A stretch of DNA of 64,000 bases from Eledone cirrhosa (taxonomy: Eukaryota). The notes beneath the pieces are model-generated. The model made no database searches. It was given only the letters and a program-made list of their open reading frames with translations, and was not told the DNA's origin. A program made the translations under genes and the position numbers. The stretch covers positions 13,082,001 to 13,146,000 of the forward strand of contig OZ024740.1 in the NCBI GenBank assembly GCA_964016885.1, given 5' to 3'. Positions 11,601 through 26,200 of this stretch are shown here, piece after piece. The first letter of the stretch is position 1. Each line of letters opens with the position of its first letter.

Positions 11601-14600
11601 TTTATATTTATATGTGAGCTGATAGAGTACTGTCTAAGGATTTACAGAAACCCATGAAGCTAGATTTAACACCTTTCTAGTGGGTCCGGGTATGATTTTA
11701 CATTCATTTAAATTATTGACGTATTGTTTTATTGATATTTTTTATCTGTTTGGCCCGAATCTTCCTTTATCGATTTTAAATCGTATGGTTGATTGTAGAC
11801 TTGTTCTATATGTGACGGTATTTTAACGATAGTTATAGCTCTGATTCATCTGAATTATTGAGCCCTCTGCCGCTCATATCGGATTTCGTTTTTCGTTAAC
11901 TCGTGCGCCGATTTTTCGATACTCGATCTTTCTAATATATTTAGCTCTGGACATAGCTATCCACCAGTTAATTTTATTGCTCATATTTTGTCGATTCTAT
12001 TGAGTGATGAATAGCTTTTGTTTTATTTTAACATGTCTATTGAGCACTCTAATTCGATATGTGTATTTCCACATTCACTCGAATTATTTTCGCGGATATA
12101 GGGGTCATCTCCCTTGTCTAATGCCATGTGCGTTTTTCACCGCTAGTTGACTCCTTTGCCGCCAGGATAAAACTCGTTGACAACGTAAACTCCATTCCAC
12201 TTATTCTAGTAGGCTTTTATATTTATATGTGAGCTGATAGAGTACTGTCTAAGGATTTACAGAAACCCATGAAGCTAGATTTAACACCTTTCTAGTGGGT
12301 CCGGGTATGATTTTACATTCATTTAAATTATTGACGTATTGTTTTATTGATATTTTTTATCTGTTTGGCCCGAATCTTCCTTTATCGATTTTAAATCGTA
12401 TGGTTGATTGTAGACTTGTTCTATATGTGACGGTATTTTAACGATAGTTATAGCTCTGATTCATCTGAATTATTGAGCCCTCTGCCGCTCATATCGGATT
12501 TCGTTTTTCGTTAACTCGTGCGCCGATTTTTCGATACTCGATCTTTCTAATATATTTAGCTCTGGACATAGCTATCCACCAGTTAATTTTATTGCTCATA
12601 TTTTGTCGATTCTATTGAGTGATGAATAGCTTTTGTTTTATTTTAACATGTCTATTGAGCACTCTAATTCGATATGTGTATTTCCACATTCACTCGAATT
12701 ATTTTCGCGGATATAGGGGTCATCTCCCTTGTCTAATGCCATGTGCGTTTTTCACCGCTAGTTGACTCCTTTGCCGCCAGGATAAAACTCGTTGACAACG
12801 TAAACTCCATTCCACTTATTCTAGTAGGCTTTTATATTTATATGTGAGCTGATAGAGTACTGTCTAAGGATTTACAGAAACCCATGAAGCTAGATTTAAC
12901 ACCTTTCTAGTGGGTCCGGGTATGATTTTACATTCATTTAAATTATTGACGTATTGTTTTATTGATATTTTTTATCTGTTTGGCCCGAATCTTCCTTTAT
13001 CGATTTTAAATCGTATGGTTGATTGTAGACTTGTTCTATATGTGACGGTATTTTAACGATAGTTATAGCTCTGATTCATCTGAATTATTGAGCCCTCTGC
13101 CGCTCATATCGGATTTCGTTTTTCGTTAACTCGTGCGCCGATTTTTCGATACTCGATCTTTCTAATATATTTAGCTCTGGACATAGCTATCCACCAGTTA
13201 ATTTTATTGCTCATATTTTGTCGATTCTATTGAGTGATGAATAGCTTTTGTTTTATTTTAACATGTCTATTGAGCACTCTAATTCGATATGTGTATTTCC
13301 ACATTCACTCGAATTATTTTCGCGGATATAGGGGTCATCTCCCTTGTCTAATGCCATGTGCGTTTTTCACCGCTAGTTGACTCCTTTGCCGCCAGGATAA
13401 AACTCGTTGACAACGTAAACTCCATTCCACTTATTCTAGTAGGCTTTTATATTTATATGTGAGCTGATAGAGTACTGTCTAAGGATTTACAGAAACCCAT
13501 GAAGCTAGATTTAACACCTTTCTAGTGGGTCCGGGTATGATTTTACATTCATTTAAATTATTGACGTATTGTTTTATTGATATTTTTTATCTGTTTGGCC
13601 CGAATCTTCCTTTATCGATTTTAAATCGTATGGTTGATTGTAGACTTGTTCTATATGTGACGGTATTTTAACGATAGTTATAGCTCTGATTCATCTGAAT
13701 TATTGAGCCCTCTGCCGCTCATATCGGATTTCGTTTTTCGTTAACTCGTGCGCCGATTTTTCGATACTCGATCTTTCTAATATATTTAGCTCTGGACATA
13801 GCTATCCACCAGTTAATTTTATTGCTCATATTTTGTCGATTCTATTGAGTGATGAATAGCTTTTGTTTTATTTTAACATGTCTATTGAGCACTCTAATTC
13901 GATATGTGTATTTCCACATTCACTCGAATTATTTTCGCGGATATAGGGGTCATCTCCCTTGTCTAATGCCATGTGCGTTTTTCACCGCTAGTTGACTCCT
14001 TTGCCGCCAGGATAAAACTCGTTGACAACGTAAACTCCATTCCACTTATTCTAGTAGGCTTTTATATTTATATGTGAGCTGATAGAGTACTGTCTAAGGA
14101 TTTACAGAAACCCATGAAGCTAGATTTAACACCTTTCTAGTGGGTCCGGGTATGATTTTACATTCATTTAAATTATTGACGTATTGTTTTATTGATATTT
14201 TTTATCTGTTTGGCCCGAATCTTCCTTTATCGATTTTAAATCGTATGGTTGATTGTAGACTTGTTCTATATGTGACGGTATTTTAACGATAGTTATAGCT
14301 CTGATTCATCTGAATTATTGAGCCCTCTGCCGCTCATATCGGATTTCGTTTTTCGTTAACTCGTGCGCCGATTTTTCGATACTCGATCTTTCTAATATAT
14401 TTAGCTCTGGACATAGCTATCCACCAGTTAATTTTATTGCTCATATTTTGTCGATTCTATTGAGTGATGAATAGCTTTTGTTTTATTTTAACATGTCTAT
14501 TGAGCACTCTAATTCGATATGTGTATTTCCACATTCACTCGAATTATTTTCGCGGATATAGGGGTCATCTCCCTTGTCTAATGCCATGTGCGTTTTTCAC

Positions 14601-17600
14601 CGCTAGTTGACTCCTTTGCCGCCAGGATAAAACTCGTTGACAACGTAAACTCCATTCCACTTATTCTAGTAGGCTTTTATATTTATATGTGAGCTGATAG
14701 AGTACTGTCTAAGGATTTACAGAAACCCATGAAGCTAGATTTAACACCTTTCTAGTGGGTCCGGGTATGATTTTACATTCATTTAAATTATTGACGTATT
14801 GTTTTATTGATATTTTTTATCTGTTTGGCCCGAATCTTCCTTTATCGATTTTAAATCGTATGGTTGATTGTAGACTTGTTCTATATGTGACGGTATTTTA
14901 ACGATAGTTATAGCTCTGATTCATCTGAATTATTGAGCCCTCTGCCGCTCATATCGGATTTCGTTTTTCGTTAACTCGTGCGCCGATTTTTCGATACTCG
15001 ATCTTTCTAATATATTTAGCTCTGGACATAGCTATCCACCAGTTAATTTTATTGCTCATATTTTGTCGATTCTATTGAGTGATGAATAGCTTTTGTTTTA
15101 TTTTAACATGTCTATTGAGCACTCTAATTCGATATGTGTATTTCCACATTCACTCGAATTATTTTCGCGGATATAGGGGTCATCTCCCTTGTCTAATGCC
15201 ATGTGCGTTTTTCACCGCTAGTTGACTCCTTTGCCGCCAGGATAAAACTCGTTGACAACGTAAACTCCATTCCACTTATTCTAGTAGGCTTTTATATTTA
15301 TATGTGAGCTGATAGAGTACTGTCTAAGGATTTACAGAAACCCATGAAGCTAGATTTAACACCTTTCTAGTGGGTCCGGGTATGATTTTACATTCATTTA
15401 AATTATTGACGTATTGTTTTATTGATATTTTTTATCTGTTTGGCCCGAATCTTCCTTTATCGATTTTAAATCGTATGGTTGATTGTAGACTTGTTCTATA
15501 TGTGACGGTATTTTAACGATAGTTATAGCTCTGATTCATCTGAATTATTGAGCCCTCTGCCGCTCATATCGGATTTCGTTTTTCGTTAACTCGTGCGCCG
15601 ATTTTTCGATACTCGATCTTTCTAATATATTTAGCTCTGGACATAGCTATCCACCAGTTAATTTTATTGCTCATATTTTGTCGATTCTATTGAGTGATGA
15701 ATAGCTTTTGTTTTATTTTAACATGTCTATTGAGCACTCTAATTCGATATGTGTATTTCCACATTCACTCGAATTATTTTCGCGGATATAGGGGTCATCT
15801 CCCTTGTCTAATGCCATGTGCGTTTTTCACCGCTAGTTGACTCCTTTGCCGCCAGGATAAAACTCGTTGACAACGTAAACTCCATTCCACTTATTCTAGT
15901 AGGCTTTTATATTTATATGTGAGCTGATAGAGTACTGTCTAAGGATTTACAGAAACCCATGAAGCTAGATTTAACACCTTTCTAGTGGGTCCGGGTATGA
16001 TTTTACATTCATTTAAATTATTGACGTATTGTTTTATTGATATTTTTTATCTGTTTGGCCCGAATCTTCCTTTATCGATTTTAAATCGTATGGTTGATTG
16101 TAGACTTGTTCTATATGTGACGGTATTTTAACGATAGTTATAGCTCTGATTCATCTGAATTATTGAGCCCTCTGCCGCTCATATCGGATTTCGTTTTTCG
16201 TTAACTCGTGCGCCGATTTTTCGATACTCGATCTTTCTAATATATTTAGCTCTGGACATAGCTATCCACCAGTTAATTTTATTGCTCATATTTTGTCGAT
16301 TCTATTGAGTGATGAATAGCTTTTGTTTTATTTTAACATGTCTATTGAGCACTCTAATTCGATATGTGTATTTCCACATTCACTCGAATTATTTTCGCGG
16401 ATATAGGGGTCATCTCCCTTGTCTAATGCCATGTGCGTTTTTCACCGCTAGTTGACTCCTTTGCCGCCAGGATAAAACTCGTTGACAACGTAAACTCCAT
16501 TCCACTTATTCTAGTAGGCTTTTATATTTATATGTGAGCTGATAGAGTACTGTCTAAGGATTTACAGAAACCCATGAAGCTAGATTTAACACCTTTCTAG
16601 TGGGTCCGGGTATGATTTTACATTCATTTAAATTATTGACGTATTGTTTTATTGATATTTTTTATCTGTTTGGCCCGAATCTTCCTTTATCGATTTTAAA
16701 TCGTATGGTTGATTGTAGACTTGTTCTATATGTGACGGTATTTTAACGATAGTTATAGCTCTGATTCATCTGAATTATTGAGCCCTCTGCCGCTCATATC
16801 GGATTTCGTTTTTCGTTAACTCGTGCGCCGATTTTTCGATACTCGATCTTTCTAATATATTTAGCTCTGGACATAGCTATCCACCAGTTAATTTTATTGC
16901 TCATATTTTGTCGATTCTATTGAGTGATGAATAGCTTTTGTTTTATTTTAACATGTCTATTGAGCACTCTAATTCGATATGTGTATTTCCACATTCACTC
17001 GAATTATTTTCGCGGATATAGGGGTCATCTCCCTTGTCTAATGCCATGTGCGTTTTTCACCGCTAGTTGACTCCTTTGCCGCCAGGATAAAACTCGTTGA
17101 CAACGTAAACTCCATTCCACTTATTCTAGTAGGCTTTTATATTTATATGTGAGCTGATAGAGTACTGTCTAAGGATTTACAGAAACCCATGAAGCTAGAT
17201 TTAACACCTTTCTAGTGGGTCCGGGTATGATTTTACATTCATTTAAATTATTGACGTATTGTTTTATTGATATTTTTTATCTGTTTGGCCCGAATCTTCC
17301 TTTATCGATTTTAAATCGTATGGTTGATTGTAGACTTGTTCTATATGTGACGGTATTTTAACGATAGTTATAGCTCTGATTCATCTGAATTATTGAGCCC
17401 TCTGCCGCTCATATCGGATTTCGTTTTTCGTTAACTCGTGCGCCGATTTTTCGATACTCGATCTTTCTAATATATTTAGCTCTGGACATAGCTATCCACC
17501 AGTTAATTTTATTGCTCATATTTTGTCGATTCTATTGAGTGATGAATAGCTTTTGTTTTATTTTAACATGTCTATTGAGCACTCTAATTCGATATGTGTA

Positions 17601-18705
17601 TTTCCACATTCACTCGAATTATTTTCGCGGATATAGGGGTCATCTCCCTTGTCTAATGCCATGTGCGTTTTTCACCGCTAGTTGACTCCTTTGCCGCCAG
17701 GATAAAACTCGTTGACAACGTAAACTCCATTCCACTTATTCTAGTAGGCTTTTATATTTATATGTGAGCTGATAGAGTACTGTCTAAGGATTTACAGAAA
17801 CCCATGAAGCTAGATTTAACACCTTTCTAGTGGGTCCGGGTATGATTTTACATTCATTTAAATTATTGACGTATTGTTTTATTGATATTTTTTATCTGTT
17901 TGGCCCGAATCTTCCTTTATCGATTTTAAATCGTATGGTTGATTGTAGACTTGTTCTATATGTGACGGTATTTTAACGATAGTTATAGCTCTGATTCATC
18001 TGAATTATTGAGCCCTCTGCCGCTCATATCGGATTTCGTTTTTCGTTAACTCGTGCGCCGATTTTTCGATACTCGATCTTTCTAATATATTTAGCTCTGG
18101 ACATAGCTATCCACCAGTTAATTTTATTGCTCATATTTTGTCGATTCTATTGAGTGATGAATAGCTTTTGTTTTATTTTAACATGTCTATTGAGCACTCT
18201 AATTCGATATGTGTATTTCCACATTCACTCGAATTATTTTCGCGGATATAGGGGTCATCTCCCTTGTCTAATGCCATGTGCGTTTTTCACCGCTAGTTGA
18301 CTCCTTTGCCGCCAGGATAAAACTCGTTGACAACGTAAACTCCATTCCACTTATTCTAGTAGGCTTTTATATTTATATGTGAGCTGATAGAGTACTGTCT
18401 AAGGATTTACAGAAACCCATGAAGCTAGATTTAACACCTTTCTAGTGGGTCCGGGTATGATTTTACATTCATTTAAATTATTGACGTATTGTTTTATTGA
18501 TATTTTTTATCTGTTTGGCCCGAATCTTCCTTTATCGATTTTAAATCGTATGGTTGATTGTAGACTTGTTCTATATGTGACGGTATTTTAACGATAGTTA
18601 TAGCTCTGATTCATCTGAATTATTGAGCCCTCTGCCGCTCATATCGGATTTCGTTTTTCGTTAACTCGTGCGCCGATTTTTCGATACTCGATCTTTCTAA
18701 TATAT
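8687..18705 (-). repeat. Tandem array of a 615-bp unit (16 full copies plus about 179 bp), derived from a decayed LINE RT
   Basis: Unit starts recur every 615 bp (8687, 9302 ... 18527) with no inter-unit difference seen by eye. (TA)n on both sides. Minus strand carries RT-like motif remnants (lower confidence than the repeat itself). Confidence 0.95.
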
Positions 18706-18848
18706 ATATATGTATATAACCAAAGATTAGTATGGTTCGTTGAATACTCAATAAATACAATTTTACAATAGATTAGAAGCACTCAACAGTGATTTTTTAA
18801 TATTATTCAAAATATTAACAAATGAAAAATATTCTCATAATCAAAATA

Positions 18849-18918
18849 TATACTTTATTATATATATTTCAGAGGTACTGTGTTGTTTTTTCAGTACGTC
18901 CTCATCAGACAAAATATA
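18849..18918 (-). ncRNA. Type I hammerhead ribozyme (left arm of palindrome)
   Basis: Exact reverse complement of 19021-19090. Confidence 0.78.
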
Positions 18919-19020
18919 TGATTTGATATATGACATACCGCTACGGTCTTGATTATTCAATTCCTGCCAATACTGGAATTGAACAATCAAGACCGTAGCG
19001 GTATGTCATATATCAAATCA

Positions 19021-19090
19021 TATATTTTGTCTGATGAGGACGTACTGAAAAAACAACACAGTACCTCTGAAATATATATAATAAAGTATA
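19021..19090 (+). ncRNA. Type I hammerhead ribozyme (right arm of palindrome)
   Basis: tatattttgt-CTGATGA-ggac-gtactg..cagtac-ctct-GAAA-TATATA-TA-ataaagtata. Stem I is 10 bp. Same family as 8140-8200. Confidence 0.78.
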
Positions 19091-19152
19091 TATTTTGATT
19101 ATGAGAATATTTTTCATTTGTTAATATTTTGAATAATATATATATATATATG

Positions 19153-20307
19153 TACTCACCTCACCCCCGCCCTCCCAACACCCGTGTTCATTTCCCTCTC
19201 ACTACCACCCCATCACACTACCACTCCGGCGACATATCCTCCGTTCCTTCCGTATCCTCTCTTCTGACCCCGTCACTTCTCGCTTTTTTCCAAACCCACC
19301 CATTACTGCTTTTAAGCGCGCCCGAAACCTCCGCGACCTTCTGGTTCGCAGTTCTTTTTCGTCTTCTCCCACGACTCCACCCGACTCTCCTCCTTGTTCC
19401 CGTTCCCGCTGCAACACTTGTCCCTTTATTTTCACTCTCATAACTCTTACAGGCCCTAACGGGTTTTTCCGTATCCGCCATTCCTTCACCTGCACATCCA
19501 CCCACGTTGTCTATGCCCTCCGGTGTTCCCTTTGAGGGTCTTTATATATCGGACAAACGGGACGCCGTATGGCGGACCGTTTTGCCGAACATTTGAGGGA
19601 CATACGACTCGGTTTGGATACTCCTGTCGCCCGTCATTTCTGTTCTCCTGGTCATTCTTCCCTACATGTTTCAGTCCTGGGTGTCCTTTTAGATCATGGA
19701 TCACAGGCCTCGCGTACCAGGACTGAACAAAGACTGACTCTCTGTCTTGGGTCCTATTCCCCTATTGGACTCAACTCACCTCCCCAATTTCTCTAATACC
19801 CCGTCCATTATCACACCCCTAGGTTCCTATCGCTTTCTCTTTGCTCATAGCTTCGTACTTACATGCACACACACTCTTTTACTCACATATACACACACAT
19901 TTCTTCTTAGCTTCATACGGACCTATAATAACACCCACACACACACCCACAAACTCATGCTTACGCACGTGCTCAAGTATAGCTCTTTTTACAAAACGTT
20001 TTTTTTTCCATTTCAGGTAGACGCGCTCCATCATCCGCTTTTCTAAAAAACAAATAATACACAAAACGCCAGCACCAACAGTTTTGCAAGAGATGTCAAC
20101 ATGAATGGACCTATTATTTTTATTTAAAGACATTTTTTCCACTTCCATTCCGCCCGTCCCCTTAATCTATTTTATTTCTCATTCTTTCTTCTGATGAAGG
20201 ACTAGCGTCCGAAACGTTAAGACCCTCTTCCTGCTACATCAAGCGTTAACCTAATATATACCTTCCATATACTGTACCGATTGTGTTGTTATTTCTGTTA
20301 ACCTTTT

Positions 20308-20308
<1 letters not shown>
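19153..20308 (+). mobile_element. 5'-truncated Neptune-like PLE (GIY-YIG remnant plus 3' UTR)
   Basis: Reading through frameshifts gives AFKRARNLRDLLVRS..PCSRSRCNTCPFI..FTCTSTHVVY..LYIGQTGRRMADRFAEH..PVARHF..EQRL..PIGLN. (TA)n at the 5' end and (CA)n at the 3' end. Confidence 0.9.
20187..20222 (+). ncRNA. Minimal hammerhead ribozyme in PLE 3' UTR
   Basis: tctt-CTGATGA-a-ggac tagc gtcc-GAAACGTT-aaga. The self-complementary ACGT stem III is typical of PLE minimal hammerheads. Confidence 0.88.
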
Positions 20309-20370
<62 letters not shown>

Positions 20371-20415
20371 GTGACGAAACATAAGTCAATTGCGTGTACT
20401 CATAATCCTTTATTT

Positions 20416-20471
20416 ACTGCTATATATATTTCGGTGATAGCCATTGAATGGCTATGACCTCATCAAGCAGT
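20416..20471 (-). ncRNA. Type I hammerhead ribozyme with C3U change
   Basis: Minus strand actgc-TTGATGA-ggt c atagccat tca atggctat c acc-GAAA-TATATA-TA-gcagt. Confidence 0.8.
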
Positions 20472-21777
20472 TAGTCAGTTCTTAGATATGCCAGCTCTGT
20501 GTTTATAGTGTTGATGGTATCAGACCCTTGGGACATATGAGCTTGTTAGGAATAATTTAATGTTGTCAGCAGGAATAGTCTTAATTCTCATTGGTCAGTT
20601 TGTAGATGCTAATAGGGTTGGTATTTGACTTCAAAGAGGCAGGTGGTCTTGTAAAGTTCAAACCGTCAGGCAAGATGACAATAGATCCATATGACTGATT
20701 TTCACAAAAAGCATTCCTGGTCAGATATATATTCAATTGAGTTTAATAGTATGAAATAGATACTACAGGTCATTCTTAAATTGAGGAATTTATAAGGAGT
20801 GGTACTAGTGAAAATTATGGTTAGAGTAGAAGACTAGAAAATTTACAAATAAAAAGACTTATGTAAGTTGACTTGCACATACACTCACACCCACCTCTAC
20901 CGACAGAGACACACATCCACACATACAAATTAAGGAATTAATGTGAGGTGGTAATACTGAAAATAATGGTTGGAGTCAAATACTTAGAGTTTAGAAATTT
21001 TAGAAATAAAAAGACTTATGTTGGTTGACTTGTACATACACTCACACCTACTCCCACAGACACACACACACATCTACACACACAAATCCATACAGGTGTG
21101 TGTATATATATATGTACGCACAAGTGCATATATATATACAACAAAGGCCCCCATATCCAAGTATAAGGCAGACATAAAACGAGGTGGGTGTTATTTTTAA
21201 AGAAAAGTAAAGTAGGTGTTTGGAAAAGTTATTGTTTAAACTAGACAAAAGTAGAGTGTGATATATATCTTCACAGCAATAGCTTGGAGGCTTTGGAGCT
21301 TAGGCGAATCCCTTAGTACAGACATACATACCCACCCACACTTTTATACTTTTGGATGCGTGTGTATGTCTATATACACATGTGCACTCATACAACAGAG
21401 CATATACAAATATACTCTTAAGCATACACTCGAACATCTTTCAAATGCAACCTGGGGTATTGGTATTTCGTTGCGTTTACATGAGTGTGTACATTCACGT
21501 AATCCCATTATACACTCACAATGCACGGTTGCGGGCACTCATTCATGCGTATAGGGATAATTGTTCTTCCTGTGTGGGTCGCTCCTGGGGGGGGGGGTCT
21601 TCAGGTTCAATAAACGTGGTTTTGTTGACTCCTAACCAGTAGAGGATCTGGTGGACCAACCACCATAGGGACCACAAACTATGGGTGGTTGTTGGTGTCC
21701 ATTGGTCATTGGTACGGGGTGTAGGGGACCTACAGGGGGAGGGGGGGGGGGGCGTTGTGGGAGGCCTTAACCGGGGT

Positions 21778-22218
21778 TTATCCATATAGCTTGAGGAAAG
21801 TTCCCGTCCTTAGGTGTTTGCAGGCACCGAATAAGTCGGCCCTTCTGTTTAATAGCTTGGTTCCGCCATGAAGAATCTCGAGTGTCTCACTAAGACAGAG
21901 GTTGCAAATACCAGACCCGCCTCTGTCTGGGGGAACCTTTCTAACCACGGACCAGACCAGTGAGTGCGGGGTCTTTTCAAGTTTGAGCTTCCAGATCAAT
22001 TCAGAAAGGGCCGTACATTTCCTCTTATCTATTCTGTTAAAGGAATGGCGATGGTTATACCACCTATCCTTGAAGCTCGTCGCTGTGGATCCTATGTAGT
22101 GGTGCTCCGAGTTAGGGGTTGTGGCCTTGTACCTGTAGACTACGTTTTTCGTCATGCATTCATTACTAAGGGGGCATAGTGATGGGTCTCTGCAATTACA
22201 TGACTTCTTAAGCCCCAT
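21778..22218 (-). pseudogene. GIY-YIG endonuclease domain fragment of a PLE
   Basis: VVY..YIG motif pair, conserved Arg and Glu, Cys clusters. The start is an artefact of truncation at (TA)n. Confidence 0.85.
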
Positions 22219-22518
22219 ATATATAAATATATGTGTGTATATATATATATGTGTATATTTATGAGTATGTGTATGTACATGTGTGAGTGTAGGAGCGCAT
22301 GTATGTGTGTATTTGTATGTGTATTTAGGCGTACATGTACGTATGTGTCAGTATAGGTGTATGCGTGAGTATGTGCTTGTATATGTGTGTGTTTGTATAT
22401 ATACATATACATTTATTATTTGCCCCTTTACATTACGTCCGTTATTTTATTTCAGCCTCGCTTTCAATTGTCCTAGACTTTGTTTTGAAATCCATATCTC
22501 ACATCCATTTTAAATGAA

Positions 22519-22593
22519 ATTTCAATCTGACGACCGAAGTCAGACGTCTGTGTCAGGCTCGTCTGTCTTCGTGAAACCTTTGGTAAATGAAAT
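22519..22593 (+). ncRNA. Type I hammerhead ribozyme, canonical core, extended stem II
   Basis: atttcaat-CTGACGA-c-cgaag..cagacg..cgtctg..cttcg-t-GAAA-CC ttt GG-TA-aatgaaat. GUA site. Lies in an orphan segment (about 22410-22690) between microsatellites. Confidence 0.85.
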
Positions 22594-23031
22594 AATTATC
22601 TTATGTTGTTTATTACGTAACTAAAAAGCTCTGTAGCCTACATAGAGCACTCTCTTTTCCTTTATTTTCCCTACGGAAACACTTTAGTATATATATGAAT
22701 ATATATATATATGCATACGTACAGACACATATATGTGTCGATATGTGTGTGTGTATTACTGTGCCTATCTCACTCTCTACACACACTGACACACACAGTC
22801 ACATACACACTCACTCACACACACATACGTTCCTCCACCCCCTCTCTCTATCACTGTCAATCCATCACCCCCCACACCACGTCACAACACACATAACATA
22901 TACATGTACGCACATAAACACACTCACATATTGATGTGCACATTTATTGATGTGCACACAGATATTCGTGCGCACATACATAATACAGACACATGTACAT
23001 ACATATAAATGCATACCCCCCCACCCCCCAC

Positions 23032-23063
<32 letters not shown>

Positions 23064-23275
23064 TGCACACGCGCACACACACAGATATTTATACACACAC
23101 ACATACACACACACACACATATATAGAGAGATAGATAGATAGATGCAAACACACATAAAATCGATGCACGCATAAACTAAAGTATTTACATATACATAGA
23201 CATACACAATCGACCTACATACGTCTCCTGAGTGATCTCCCCTTACGCTGTTACAACACAATAAAACAACAGGTA

Positions 23276-26200
23276 CTACACCAAAACACACTACACCACA
23301 ACACACTACAACACACTACACCACAACACACTACACCACAACACACTACACCACGACACACTACAACACACTACACCACAACACACTACAACACACTACA
23401 CCACAACACACTACACCACAACACACTACACCACGATACACTACAACACACTACACCACAACACACTACAACATACTACACCACAACACACTACAACATA
23501 CTACACCACAACACACTACACCACAACACACTACACCACGACACACTACACCACAACACACTACACCACGACACACTACAACACACTACACCACAACACA
23601 CTACACCACGACAAACTACAACACACTACACCACAACACACTACAACATACTACACCACAACACACTACACCACAACACACTACACCACGACACACTACA
23701 ACACACTACACCACAACACACTACACCACAACACACTACACCACGACACACTACAACACACTACACCACAACACACTACACCACGACAAACTACAACACA
23801 CTACACCACAACACACTACAACACACTACACCACAACACACTACACCACAACACACTACACCACGACACACTACAACACACTACACCATAACACACTACA
23901 CCACGACACACTACAACACACTACACCACAACACACTACAACATACTACACCACAACACACCACAACACACTACACCACAACACGCTACACCACGACACA
24001 CTACAACACACTACACCACAACACACTACACCACAACACACTACAACACACTACACCACAACACACTACACCACGACACACTACAACACACTACACAACA
24101 ACACACTACACCACGACACACTACAACGCACTACACCACAACACACTACAACATACTACACCACAACACACTACACCACAACACACTACACCACGACACA
24201 CTACAACACACTACACCACGACACACTACAACACACTACACCACAACACACTACACCACGACACACTACAACACACTACACCACAACACACTACAACATA
24301 CTACACCACAACACACTACACCACAACACACTACACCACAACACACTACACCACGACACACTACACCACAACACACTATAACATACTACACCACAACACA
24401 CTACACCACAACACACTACACCACAACACACTACACCACGACACACCACAACACACTACAACATACTACACCACAACACACTACACCACAACACACTACA
24501 CCACAACACACTACACCACGACACACTACAACACACTACACCACAACACACTACACCACGACACACTACAACACACTACACCACAACACACTACACCACG
24601 ACACACTACAACACACTACACCACAAAACACTACACCACGACACACTACACCACACTACACCACAACACACTACACCACGACACACTACAACATACTACA
24701 ACATACTACACCACAACACACTACACCACAACACACTACACCACAACACACTACACCACGACACACTACACCACACTACACCACAACACACTACACCACG
24801 ACACACTACAACACACTACACCACAACACACTACACCACGACACACTACAACATACTACACCACAACACACTACACCACAACACACTACACCACGACACA
24901 CTACAACACACTACACCACAACACACTACACCACAACACACTACACCACGACACACTACAACACACTACACCACAACACACTACACCACAACACACTACA
25001 ACACACTACACCACAACACACTACACCACGACAAACTACAACACACTACACCACAACACACTACAACACACTACACCACAACACACTACACCACAACACA
25101 CTACACCACGACACACTACAACACACTACACCATAACACACTACACCACGACACACTACAACACACTACACCACAACACACTACAACATACTACACCACA
25201 ACACACCACAACACACTACACCACAACACACTACACCACGACACACTACAACACACTACACCACAACACACTACACCACAACACACTACAACACACTACA
25301 CCACAACACACTACACCACGACACACTACAACACACTACACCACAACACACTACACCACGACACACTACAACACACTACACCACAACACACTACAACATA
25401 CTACACCACAACACACTACACCACAACACACTACACCACGACACACTACAACACACTACACCACGACACACTACAACACACTACACCACAACACACTACA
25501 CCACGACAGACTACAACACACTACACCACAACACACTACAACACACTACACCACAACACACTACACCACAACACACTACACCACAACACACTACACCACG
25601 ACACACTACACCACAACACACTATAACATACTACACCACAACACACTACACCACAACACACTACACCACAACACACTACACCACGACACACCACAACACA
25701 CTACAACATACTACACCACAACACACTACACCACAACACACTACACCACAACACACTACACCACGACACACTACAACACACTACACCACAACACACTACA
25801 CCACGACACACTACAACACACTACACCACAACACACTACACCACGACACACTACAACACACTACACCACAACACACTACACCACGATACACTACAACACA
25901 CTACACCACAACACACTACAACATACTACACCACAACACACTACACCACAACACACTACACTACAACACACTACACCACAACACACTACACCACGACACA
26001 CTACAACACACTACACCACAACACACTACACCACGACACACTACAACACACTACACCACAACACACTACACCACGACACACTACAACACACTACACCACA
26101 ACACACTACAACATACTACACCACAACACACTACACCACAACACACTACACCACGACACACTACAACACACTACACCACAACACACTACACCACGACACA

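Larger units (their letters stand above)
18800..19139. repeat. Long palindrome (165-bp arms, 10-nt loop, one mismatch) made of a PLE pLTR
   Basis: 18800-18964 is the reverse complement of 18975-19139. Confidence 0.95.
20371..22218 (-). mobile_element. 5'-truncated PLE (GIY-YIG C-terminus plus long 3' UTR), same type as the element at 1-3258
   Basis: ORF 21778-22218: CNCRDPSLCPLSNEC..VVY..YIGSTATSFKDRWYNH..CNLCLSE..LLNRR. Both ends abut (TA)n and a hammerhead lies near the 3' end. Confidence 0.85.

Noticed and set aside
8687-18705. Endless in-frame ORF or CRISPR-like array (615 is divisible by 3)
   Set aside because: The ORF track shows no ORF of 60 aa or more inside the array, and there are no variable spacers.
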